The notes beneath the pieces were generated by a model. That model had not been told where the DNA came from. It worked only from the letters and a program-made list of their open reading frames with translations, and did no database searches. Shown here piece by piece: positions 19,155 through 27,959 of a DNA stretch of 64,000 nt. Source of the DNA: Ignavibacterium sp. (GTDB lineage Bacteria; Bacteroidota; Ignavibacteria; Ignavibacteriales; Ignavibacteriaceae); NCBI GenBank assembly GCA_018335755.1, contig JAGXRK010000061.1, forward strand, positions 6,646 through 70,645, written 5' to 3'. The translations under genes were made by a program, and so were the position numbers. The first letter of the stretch is position 1. The number at the start of each line of letters is the position of its first letter.

Positions 19155-20558
19155 TTATTCTAATAAATATTTCACCATCCGAACTTTCTGCAGACCATCA
19201 TCCCAAAACTTTCTTGGTACAATTTTAAATCTTGTCGGGAAATTATTAATAAAAACTATAAATAGAGAACCGAACCTTATAGGTATCAAACTTATAATTT
19301 CAAATTTATTATACATCCTTGCTTTATTTCTATCCTCTAACAAAGTGAATACTCCAGCTTTTTCACTGAAAAAAATTTTTTCAAATTGATAGATACAGCT
19401 GGGACATTTGTCCTTATCTAATTGGTTAACTGCTTCTGAGTTGTTTAATCCCATTAAATCAAGTTTTAACCATTTCATAATATTTCCTAAATTTTCATAA
19501 TTTCTTCTAGTTTCAATCAGTCTATTTTCTATTCCCAACCACCATTCCTCAAATTGTTGAAAGGTCCCAGAATCCAATAAACCAGTTTTTTCTACCATAT
19601 AGTTCTTAATGTCATTACTCCTTGTTTGAAAGGAACAATGGTATTTAGTTTGATTACTTTCATTAGATATAAATAAAACGGCCTCAGAGTTTAATTCCAA
19701 ACACATAAATTTTAAAAAGTCCTCATCAATAGATCTATTATTTTTCTTCAGCATATCAGATAGTCTTTTGACGAATTCATATATTTTCCCATACCGATTA
19801 TGCCATTCTGCTTTAAATATTGCAACTGACATTATAAAAATCACATATACAATCAATAGTTGTTTAAATAATTGCCAATTTAATTTGTTGCCAGGATCAT
19901 CGAGATAAAATATAAAGTCAGCACCAAGTGCATTAATTAATGGTATAATATCAACATTTGGGGACAAATCGTGAAGTTTAATGAAAAGAGAAGTGAGAGT
20001 AACAAAACAGGTACTATATAGAAAAGTGACAATTGATTCCCAAGAAGAGTAATGTCGAGCAGTTGTCATAAGCGGTATTAAGAACATAAACCAGGTCGGA
20101 TTATTTAAGCCACCAAATATAGCAAATGCTACCGATGCTAATATCAAATCAATAATTATACGTATTGTTCTAAAATCGTGGCGGTGATACTCAGGTAGAT
20201 CATAAGTACTGGAAAGAATATATATATATAATAAATAGACTAAGGCAAATTCAATTCTATAAACTTTTGAGAAGAATGTAATTGCAAAAGAGAAGGCAAT
20301 AACAACTCTAAAAAATGCTGCGGTCGTTGGGATATGATTGAATGGATTAAGACGGAAAATGCTTTCGCTTTCCTTGCTGATACGAACAAAATTTATAAAT
20401 AGAATTGAAATAAGAATTGATAGGTATATAATTGCCTGAAGATAATTTGCGAGGTTTAAAAAGTCTAAGACTCTCCAGCCAAATACAGTTGTGACTGAGG
20501 CAATTAACGTAATTAAAACCCATCTATTTGTTATAATTTCTTTCAAATTGAACCTCAT
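19155..20558 (-). CDS. Hypothetical polytopic membrane protein with a ~220-aa cytoplasmic C-terminal domain
   Basis: About 8 hydrophobic segments in the N-terminal 250 aa. No recognised domain. 4-nt overlap with the upstream HAD gene. Confidence 0.55.
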   Translation of the reverse strand: MRFNLKEIITNRWVLITLIASVTTVFGWRVLDFLNLANYLQAIIYLSILISILFINFVRISKESESIFRLNPFNHIPTTAAFFRVVIAFSFAITFFSKVYRIEFALVYLLYIYILSSTYDLPEYHRHDFRTIRIIIDLILASVAFAIFGGLNNPTWFMFLIPLMTTARHYSSWESIVTFLYSTCFVTLTSLFIKLHDLSPNVDIIPLINALGADFIFYLDDPGNKLNWQLFKQLLIVYVIFIMSVAIFKAEWHNRYGKIYEFVKRLSDMLKKNNRSIDEDFLKFMCLELNSEAVLFISNESNQTKYHCSFQTRSNDIKNYMVEKTGLLDSGTFQQFEEWWLGIENRLIETRRNYENLGNIMKWLKLDLMGLNNSEAVNQLDKDKCPSCIYQFEKIFFSEKAGVFTLLEDRNKARMYNKFEIISLIPIRFGSLFIVFINNFPTRFKIVPRKFWDDGLQKVRMVKYLLE

Positions 20559-21124
20559 TCGAATATTGATGAAATGAGTTTATATAAAGTATATTCAATG
20601 AATCTTGGTATTTGAACCATCCAAAATGGGTCACTACTCGGATTAATTGGCTTTATTAAAGCTGTCTTTATTCCAAAATTATTTGCACCTAATATATCCG
20701 TAAACACTCGATCACCGACCATAATAACTTTATTTGGACTGAGCTTTAAATATTTTATGGCAAGTTTAAATGGCAAGGGATCAGGTTTTTTTCTTCTAGA
20801 ATATATTACTTCAATACCTGTCTCTTTAGATAAATCAGTCAATCTGCTCAATTTAGATTCTGTTTTAGGAAAGTTCGATAAGAAACAACATTTATAGCGA
20901 GTGGAAATGTCGATCAAATATTTTTTGTATTCAGTACTAAGTTTTGATGACCCATAAGGCATTACAGTTTGATCAACATCTAGTATAATACCCTCGATTG
21001 AAAAATCAATTTTTTGCTCAAGCGTTAAAAGATTTGAAAGTGTTATTGTAGGAATATATGATTTAAGATTAAATAAGTATTTAATATTCAGAAAAAAATC
21101 TAAATTAAATAGATCAATGCTCAT
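20555..21124 (-). CDS. YqeG-like HAD-IIIA family phosphatase
   Basis: GIILDVDQTV (DxD), FLSN, RRKKPDP and MVGDRVFTDILGANNFGIKTALIKPI. Confidence 0.75.
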   Translation of the reverse strand: MSIDLFNLDFFLNIKYLFNLKSYIPTITLSNLLTLEQKIDFSIEGIILDVDQTVMPYGSSKLSTEYKKYLIDISTRYKCCFLSNFPKTESKLSRLTDLSKETGIEVIYSRRKKPDPLPFKLAIKYLKLSPNKVIMVGDRVFTDILGANNFGIKTALIKPINPSSDPFWMVQIPRFIEYTLYKLISSIFE

Positions 21125-21372
21125 TAAAATTCCTTAGAAATGTGATTTAAATATAATGATTTAGTCATAATCTTAATATTGCAGTTAATTAATAATATAG
21201 TACCGAGACTTACACGACATAAAATCATTTGAAGAATGGCAAGTAATTAATATACCCCTCAATAGGTAACCTGAGAGCCTAATTAATGAGATTAAAACAC
21301 TTTTATGTTAAAGTTGATATAATATACGGACTTTCCGAGTTATGGGACTATTTGTTAAGTGACCGTGCCGAG

Positions 21373-21462
21373 TTTACATAAGTCAACATTATCGGACACA
21401 AGACAGAAAGACAATATTCGTAAAGATGATTAGCCGTGCTCGGATAATGTTCCTTATGTAAA
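21373..21462. other. Long imperfect hairpin (10 + 9 bp stem) in the non-coding region
   Basis: tttacataag-tc-aacattatc (21373-21393) pairs with gataatgtt-c-cttatgtaaa (21443-21462). Confidence 0.6.
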
Positions 21463-21533
21463 TCTGGCTGACAATGTAAGGTTTAACCTCCCCCAAAATG
21501 CCAAGTGGCTTGACTTACTGTCTTCTTTAGTTT

Positions 21534-21994
21534 GGGAGTGAGCTGAACGATAGTGGAACGAAAGTGAAGCGAACGAGCAAAGTAAAGACCTGCCAATGAA
21601 AAGTGATTACTACCAATGTCAAAATAGTTGCGACCGTAATGTAGGTTGGATCATATCCAGACGGAATGAGGGCGCAATTATTTTGGACAGCAAGATGTTT
21701 TAGTTTGCGAATGAAGTCATCTGTTAACAATGGCGTAATGAGCAAATTAAAACAAACCAATGTTACGTGATTATTGACAAGCCAAAAAATATCTGCGACT
21801 GAATGAGGATTCCGTTCGAGCGGAACCCGGAATGAAGGAGCAGTTATTTTTTGTTAGAAAGATTATGCTAAGTTATACTATCGCTAGCGAGTGAGGTCTG
21901 CGAAGCAGGGCGAACGAGTGGTCTTCCCATTCATATTTTATAACAGTGCCTTGAAACCATAAGCGAGCGAGATTCTCGATGTAATCGAGTGAGC
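21534..21994. repeat. Cluster of at least 9 degenerate GA(A/G)(C/T)GAG-type motif copies with local hairpins, relatively GC-rich and non-coding
   Basis: Examples: gagtgagctgaacgatagtggaacgaaagtgaagcgaacgagc, gaatgagggcgc, gcgaatgaag, gcgtaatgagc, gaatgagg-attccg...cggaat-gaaggagc, gctagcgagtgaggtctgcgaagcagggcgaacgagtgg, aagcgagcgagattctcgatgtaatcgagtgagc. Stops occur in all frames. Confidence 0.6.
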
Positions 21995-22036
21995 AGATAA
22001 AAAAATAATATAAATGTTTTTCTTAAGGGAATTTGA

Positions 22037-22045
22037 GGGGGGGGG
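22037..22045. repeat. G9 homopolymer
   Basis: gagggggggggtacc, a conspicuous G-run in an AT-rich genome, about 100 nt downstream of the DUF3883 gene stop. Confidence 0.6.
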
Positions 22046-22143
22046 TACCGTTTGTTAAAATTGAAATGTAACCAACCATAAGTGCAGCATATTTTTGCTG
22101 AAATTTTTAGAAAACCGTACTGTCCTCTTTATATTATATAAAC

Positions 22144-23676
22144 CTATATCGCTGTACCTTTAAACACTGCTACATACGAATCAGGATACATATCTAGAAC
22201 CTTAAATAAGTTACCATTAATACGATACAGATTACCTGTATTATTTTTCTTGTCAAAATTAAATACACGATACAACCAATATGATTTATTTTTGAGCTTA
22301 CTAAATTCTAACTCAGTTGGAGAAATATTAAACTGTGTATCCTTATCTTTTGATTTTGTTGTTTTAATTTCAATAAATATTTCGTTTCCAAATTCATCAT
22401 AAGATTTAACATCGTAACCCGTTCCGTCTCCTTTTTCTCTAGAAATATGCTCAATCTTCATTCCTGGTTTAAGTAAGTCCTTAAGCCTATTTTTCTCAAA
22501 CTCAATCACGAGTAATTCTCCAGCTAGTCCAAGTTTTTTTGATTCTCTTTGTCGCTTTATATGATCCGTTTTATAGCCTTTAAAAGTATGAATAATAGGC
22601 AAAAGTATTTTGGGATCTGGCGGATCAACTTCTTCGAGAGAATTTTTTGGTTGTTTTATTTTTCCCTTACCCCAAACATATTTTATTGCATCCTCATATA
22701 ACTTATCGTATTTAGATATGAAATTGTTTGTATTATTAATTAAAGTTGCCCAATTAAGTTTTTTAATTTCATCCAAATTAATTTCAATCCACTCAGAACC
22801 ACTACCAGCTATAAAGTTATCGAATTTACTAACCTGTTCTTTTGTTAATTTAATACCTCCTGACGGGCGACTTCTTTGGCAGTCTAATTTGTAAATTAAA
22901 GCCGTTCTTGAATAATCAATACCAACAGTAAAATATATAAGTCTATCTTTATCCTTTTGTTTAAATGCTTTCCCCCAAGTATAGGCGGAATAAACACCCA
23001 TTATTTGCCACATAGTATTAGTTTCTTTAACATAGCCGGGTACAGAAATAGACTCTAACCAATAATTAGTCTTATCATATAACTTCTCTCTTATCTCTTG
23101 GCCAATTTTAACATCTTCAGGATTATTTTTTCTATAAGGTTTCCCTGCATACTTTGAATATCTGACAATATCAGTAGTTAAGAAGAATTCAGGAATCTCA
23201 CTAAATGTTTTTTTAACTTGCTCAAGAGTTTCAGGCAAGATGAAATAATGTATATGTGCTTTGGGTTTATATGGTGTGCCATTAATATTATGAAGTTTAT
23301 AAAATGAATCGAGTACTGAATCTAAGAAACTACTTGATTCAAGTCTTTTCCCATAAATTTTCCGAAAATTTTGATCTGTTAAATGACCACTTCTATCTAT
23401 AGCATAATGTTTATCGTGAAGTTGAAAAGTATTATTCTTGTAACCGACAAACTTACTTGGAGCAAATTCAATATTTCCATTAATTATTTCAAGAATGAAG
23501 GTTTTACCACTTTTTAATTTATGCTTATAATATTCTGCCAAACGATTTTTTCTATTATTACGATAGGAAATCAACGTTTTAAAATTCTTTAAGACCTGAG
23601 GTTGATTTACTACATAATTTTCGTCCATCTTCACACCATTTTTATTTTTTAATTTATATAATTTTTGTTTGCTCAT
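22144..23676 (-). CDS. DUF3883 (PD-(D/E)xK-like) C-terminal domain protein with an uncharacterised ~370-aa N-terminal region
   Basis: C-terminus LAGELLVIEFEKNRL...GYDVKSY...IFIEIKTTKS...YWLYRVFNF matches the DUF3883 pattern. ATGA overlap with the upstream gene. Confidence 0.65.
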   Translation of the reverse strand: MSKQKLYKLKNKNGVKMDENYVVNQPQVLKNFKTLISYRNNRKNRLAEYYKHKLKSGKTFILEIINGNIEFAPSKFVGYKNNTFQLHDKHYAIDRSGHLTDQNFRKIYGKRLESSSFLDSVLDSFYKLHNINGTPYKPKAHIHYFILPETLEQVKKTFSEIPEFFLTTDIVRYSKYAGKPYRKNNPEDVKIGQEIREKLYDKTNYWLESISVPGYVKETNTMWQIMGVYSAYTWGKAFKQKDKDRLIYFTVGIDYSRTALIYKLDCQRSRPSGGIKLTKEQVSKFDNFIAGSGSEWIEINLDEIKKLNWATLINNTNNFISKYDKLYEDAIKYVWGKGKIKQPKNSLEEVDPPDPKILLPIIHTFKGYKTDHIKRQRESKKLGLAGELLVIEFEKNRLKDLLKPGMKIEHISREKGDGTGYDVKSYDEFGNEIFIEIKTTKSKDKDTQFNISPTELEFSKLKNKSYWLYRVFNFDKKNNTGNLYRINGNLFKVLDMYPDSYVAVFKGTAI

Positions 23677-24611
23677 AATGTTAATCCCAATGTTGCTATA
23701 ATTCTATTCTTAAGAATTTCCATATCTGCTTTAATTGTATCAACACTCCAAATAACAGTGGTTAAATGATTAGTATCAAAGTGTGTTTTGTTCTCTCTGA
23801 ATATAGTTCTCTCACATAAATAAACGACAGGTATTTTACATCCTTCAGCAAAACCCGCTTCCCAATATGCACCACTATTACCGTGGGTTAGGTCTACTAA
23901 AAGTAAATGAGAATTACGGATCTCTTCTCTTAATTGATTATCCATAATTCCGGCTTTCAGTCTTTCATCTAACGTGACCAAATCAATTCCCATAGAATTC
24001 AAGGTCGGTTTAAAGTATTTTTTATATATTGAATCAAGTAAATGATCATTGTATTGCATAGCCATAAATGCAATTCTATTTTTATTCGGTTCTTCATTTA
24101 AAGACTCAACAAATTCCCACCCATCTGGTGTTAAATGTCCTTGAAAATCATCTCCAGAATCAAGATAAGCTTTAATAATACCTTTCTTATCTAAATCGGT
24201 AGCTATATAATAAACGCCATTCCTATCTTTTGCACCAATTATTGAGGCAATTACATTCATATTCTGGATTACATCTTCACCAGGAGAATTGGTTTTATCT
24301 GCAATCCAAGAAACAAAGATGTTACTTTGCTCTTTTACAGACGGGAGATTAATATTTTGTAATATTGATTCTATATTTCGAGTATCAATCTTTGGCCCTC
24401 TATCACCTTGTTGATGATGACGAATCCAATAACTTAATCTAGAATTCCAATTTTTATAATCCTGTAAAGGAGTTACCGTAAAAATCAGCTGAGTAATAAC
24501 AAATTTTAAGCAACGAGGACAACGTGTAACAATTTCTTCACCGTGGTCATCAAATGTGATTTTGGCCAGCATACCACAGACTGGACATTTTGTAGGATCA
24601 ATCTCTTTCAT
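23673..24611 (-). CDS. Zn-ribbon protein with a C-terminal nucleoside 2-deoxyribosyltransferase-like (TIR-related Rossmannoid) domain
   Basis: N-terminal CPVCG...CPRC. C-terminal IAFMAMQY...LLLVDLTHGNSGAYWEAGFAEGCKIPVVYL resembles the NDT-family core with its conserved Glu. Confidence 0.55.
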   Translation of the reverse strand: MKEIDPTKCPVCGMLAKITFDDHGEEIVTRCPRCLKFVITQLIFTVTPLQDYKNWNSRLSYWIRHHQQGDRGPKIDTRNIESILQNINLPSVKEQSNIFVSWIADKTNSPGEDVIQNMNVIASIIGAKDRNGVYYIATDLDKKGIIKAYLDSGDDFQGHLTPDGWEFVESLNEEPNKNRIAFMAMQYNDHLLDSIYKKYFKPTLNSMGIDLVTLDERLKAGIMDNQLREEIRNSHLLLVDLTHGNSGAYWEAGFAEGCKIPVVYLCERTIFRENKTHFDTNHLTTVIWSVDTIKADMEILKNRIIATLGLTL

Positions 24612-24910
24612 TTCTTCAACCTTCTTTCAATCTTCTCATAATCCCCAAGATATGCTCTCATAAGGCACTTCCAGAGTTTGCCGTGATTTGGGTAATGGAA
24701 GTGTAATAGTTCGTGGACAATAACATATCTGCCCAGCTTTTTATCCATTTCTATCAATTCGTCATTGAAGTTTAAGTTGCCATCGGTTGAGCAGGATGCC
24801 CATTTACGGGTCATAGGACGCATAGAGATGCGTTTTAAAGCAATATCTAGCTTCACTGCATACTTTATCACTTCTTTTTTGAATTCGTATTTATCTTTCC
24901 AATTACTCAT
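24608..24910 (-). CDS. DUF45/YgjP-like zinc metallopeptidase (short form)
   Basis: HELLHFHYPNH (HExxH) motif. 100 aa. Overlaps the hsdR stop by 8 nt. Confidence 0.7.
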   Translation of the reverse strand: MSNWKDKYEFKKEVIKYAVKLDIALKRISMRPMTRKWASCSTDGNLNFNDELIEMDKKLGRYVIVHELLHFHYPNHGKLWKCLMRAYLGDYEKIERRLKK

Positions 24911-27824
24911 TGGCTTTTAGTATAATGTTGAACAGATCATCAATAATTTGTTTAGCTTTTTCTATGTCATCCATTCCTGATAAAAGAGTTAAATACATTT
25001 CCTGCCTGAGTTCTCTTGTCTCTGCTTCACTTGCTTGCCAATGGGGATATTTCTTAAAGCTCTCCGTAAAACTGTTAGCAGTGTTATCACTGTTACTCAA
25101 TCCATACTCTTTAAGCTTAGTTGAAAAGAAAAATGTTAAATCATCAAATCCTTTTGATTTCTTTTCGTCCTCCTGGCTTAATGCAGCTTTGATTAATGCT
25201 TCGAGTTCTTCCAATGCTGACTGAGTTGTGATTATTCTATCTTCATAATTTTCCTGGATGGCTTGTGCTTTTTCCTTAATAGAAATAAGCACAAGATCAC
25301 CGCTATGTTCTTCTGCATATTTACCAATGGTTTTTACGAGGTTTATGACTTTTACATTATCCGGTTTCTGTCCTGCTTTAATCAGCTCAATGGTTTTTTC
25401 ATTTAGCTCATAGGCATCTGTTGTCATTTCAAGATTTTCTATATCAACATTCTCTTTTACCAAATCAATCGTCTTTCTCTGAAATTCTTTGTCAACATAA
25501 ATGTGCTTTGCATAGGCATTGCGGACAATGTAATAGATCTGAGTTAGAAGTTTATAATTATCAATGTACGGTCTTAAAAATGCATCAGGTGAAATGATTT
25601 CATACAGCATTTCAATTTCTTTATAGAACTTAAAGAATTCTTTGCGTTTGGATTTAGATTTGAAATGCTCAATCAGCTTATCAATTTCTTTATCATTGTA
25701 AGGTGGTTTTATCAATCCTAAATATTTTGGAGCTATGCTTTCAAGATTTTTCTTAAATAAATCTTTAAGAAGTGCTAAATCTTTGATAACACTTTTTATA
25801 TCATCAGAATCAAAGGCTAATGCTTTTTCCAGCTTATCAAATATTCCAATAAAATCTATCACCAATCCGAATGGTTTCTTCTTTCCTTCTTCATCTTCAT
25901 AAGGACGGTTGACTCTTGCTATTGCCTGAAGCAATGTGTGATCTCTCATTGGCTTATCTAAATACATTGCATAGAGTATCGGTGCATCGTAACCGGTTAA
26001 AAGCTTTTCTGTAACGATTAGAATTTTTGGTAGGATTTCATTCTTTGCAAAATTCTTGCGGATGGTTTTTTCTTCTTCTTTATCTATATGAAATTCTTTT
26101 AGCTGTTCTGTATCGTTATGTGCACCTGTATAAACAACCTGAGAGTATTCGGGGGGCAGGTATTTATCCAAAGCTTTTTTATAAAGCGCACAAGCTTCTC
26201 TATCTACTCCGACTAAAAATGCTTTATAGCCAAGATTCTCGACATAGGTTTGATAGTGCTCTGCAACAAACTTTGCAATCTTCGCTATTCTACTTTTGCC
26301 TTTTAGGAAATGTCTTGTCTGGACAGCCTTTTCCAGAATCTTATTTAATTCATCAATATCACTTACACCTTCAGCTTCTGCCAGCTTTAGAAATTCCTTT
26401 TCAAGAATATCTTCAGGTACTCTTAAATCATTTGGGGCAAGTGAATAATAAAGAGGTAATGTCGTACCATCAGTAATAGAATCTGAAATCGAGTATTTAT
26501 CCAGATAACCTTTAGGATCATCTATTCCGAAAGTTTTAAATGTTCCCCTGCCGTAAGCTGTTTTATCTATTGGCGTACCTGTAAATCCGATTAGAGTTGC
26601 ATTCGGAACAGCAGCCATTAAATAATTTCCTAAATCACCGGAGGTTGTCCTGTGTGCTTCATCCACTAAAACATAAATATTTTTTCGCTTGTTGATGTTG
26701 GGAGGCATATCATTAAACTTATGAATCATACTAACTATCAAACCACGATAATCATCTTTTAACAAATCTCTCATTACTGCAATGCTGTTTGCGTGAGCTA
26801 CATTCTGAATTCCCAATGACGTAAGATTGCGAATCATCTGGTCTTCAAGTTCGTTTCTGTCAATCAATAAAATGATAGTTGGTTTATCTGCTTCCGGTTT
26901 TTTGAATAATAGCTCTGATGATTTGATGATTGTGAATGTTTTACCTGATCCCTGAGTATGCCAGACCAATCCCCTGCTCTTTTGAGTATCTAAAGCTCTT
27001 GTTACAACCTTTTCCACCGCTTCTACCTGATGCTGACGCAAAATATATTTATTTAACTCCTCGTCCTTCTCAACAAAGACAATATATTTTTTCAGATAAG
27101 CTAAGATTCTGTCTATAGCAAAAAATGTTTTTACCTTTGATTCAAGATTTCCAATCTCTTCGCTTTTCCAGTTGAAAAGATTTTTGCGATTTGTATTCCA
27201 GGTTACTCCATATAAAAAACCAAGTGCTTCTGTTACAGTGTAGATTTGCTGAGGGATAAGCATTTCGGGGGTTTCTCTATGGTATCGTCTTATCTGATCT
27301 ATTCCGATTGCAAAGGCTTCATCTTTGGTTGCGTTTTTACACTCGATAACAATTACAGGAATGCCATTAATAAAGAAGACAATGTCTGCCCTGTTGCCAT
27401 ACCTGCCGTTGTTAAAATAATATTCTTCCGAAACGTGATAAGTGTTATTGGTGTGATCTTCAAAATCTATAAGCTTGAGGTTATACTCACGGTTATCTTC
27501 AGAGCAAAAGAATGTTTTTTCTCCCCTGAGATATTGAAGGAAATCTTTGTTACCCTGAATATCTGTACGAAGGCTTTTAAGTTTTGGAAGAAGGTTGTTG
27601 TCTTTTTCAGTGTATTTGGGATTAAACTTAAATACTTTTTCAAGTAAAATATCTTTTAAGAATGGATGTGAGTTTTTAGCTCTTTCTGATGGTAATGTTG
27701 CTGAAGTATCGAAGTGTCTTAGTTTCTCTGTTTCTGACTGAGTTAATATCTCCCAACCAATTTTAGATGAATATTCTAAAATTCTTTTTTGAACAGTTGT
27801 ATGTTCTGTGAATGAATCGCTCAT
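24903..27824 (-). CDS. hsdR: Type I restriction enzyme R subunit
   Basis: N-terminal nuclease ADIVFFINGIPVIVIECK. Helicase motifs HTQGSGKTFT, VLVDEAHR and GFTGTPI. QAIARVNR. 973 aa. Confidence 0.9.
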   Translation of the reverse strand: MSDSFTEHTTVQKRILEYSSKIGWEILTQSETEKLRHFDTSATLPSERAKNSHPFLKDILLEKVFKFNPKYTEKDNNLLPKLKSLRTDIQGNKDFLQYLRGEKTFFCSEDNREYNLKLIDFEDHTNNTYHVSEEYYFNNGRYGNRADIVFFINGIPVIVIECKNATKDEAFAIGIDQIRRYHRETPEMLIPQQIYTVTEALGFLYGVTWNTNRKNLFNWKSEEIGNLESKVKTFFAIDRILAYLKKYIVFVEKDEELNKYILRQHQVEAVEKVVTRALDTQKSRGLVWHTQGSGKTFTIIKSSELLFKKPEADKPTIILLIDRNELEDQMIRNLTSLGIQNVAHANSIAVMRDLLKDDYRGLIVSMIHKFNDMPPNINKRKNIYVLVDEAHRTTSGDLGNYLMAAVPNATLIGFTGTPIDKTAYGRGTFKTFGIDDPKGYLDKYSISDSITDGTTLPLYYSLAPNDLRVPEDILEKEFLKLAEAEGVSDIDELNKILEKAVQTRHFLKGKSRIAKIAKFVAEHYQTYVENLGYKAFLVGVDREACALYKKALDKYLPPEYSQVVYTGAHNDTEQLKEFHIDKEEEKTIRKNFAKNEILPKILIVTEKLLTGYDAPILYAMYLDKPMRDHTLLQAIARVNRPYEDEEGKKKPFGLVIDFIGIFDKLEKALAFDSDDIKSVIKDLALLKDLFKKNLESIAPKYLGLIKPPYNDKEIDKLIEHFKSKSKRKEFFKFYKEIEMLYEIISPDAFLRPYIDNYKLLTQIYYIVRNAYAKHIYVDKEFQRKTIDLVKENVDIENLEMTTDAYELNEKTIELIKAGQKPDNVKVINLVKTIGKYAEEHSGDLVLISIKEKAQAIQENYEDRIITTQSALEELEALIKAALSQEDEKKSKGFDDLTFFFSTKLKEYGLSNSDNTANSFTESFKKYPHWQASEAETRELRQEMYLTLLSGMDDIEKAKQIIDDLFNIILKANE

Positions 27825-27959
27825 TTATCTAAATTTTATTGATACTAAAAAATAACAAATCTATATTTGTTTTAGAATTTCAACCCGGTTTGTTCGAAGT
27901 GTGACGTTATGCGTCAAGTAGTAAGTAGAACAAGCGGGATTTTTTACTTATCACTTATC

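Noticed and set aside
21527-21760. 77-aa ORF on the minus strand inside the non-coding block
   Set aside because: Its composition is dictated by the repeat motifs. It has no start context or recognisable domain, and it is surrounded by stops in all frames. I treat it as a chance ORF.
21534-21994. Possible CRISPR array or other regular tandem repeat
   Set aside because: Motif copies are short and degenerate, and their spacing is irregular, roughly 23-95 nt. There is no constant repeat/spacer periodicity and no cas genes.
26027-26476. Plus-strand ORFs antisense to hsdR (also 24910-25224, 26936-27118 and 27246-27647)
   Set aside because: They are shadow ORFs with low-complexity, Leu/Phe/Ser-rich translations lying entirely inside a confidently assigned gene. 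The same applies to 2862-3140, 3600-3785, 5282-5560, 6169-6570, 12544-12873, 42051-42410, 44461-45048, 46387-46743, 59998-60345 and 61037-61396 within their host genes.
27884-27946. Hairpin between hsdS and hsdR (cccggtttgttc ... gaacaagcggg, with inner gacg-ttatg-cgtc)
   Set aside because: The T-run follows the hairpin on the plus strand, which is antisense to all local genes. On the minus strand there is no U-tract. It may be a weak attenuator or an antisense terminator, but I cannot support a function.
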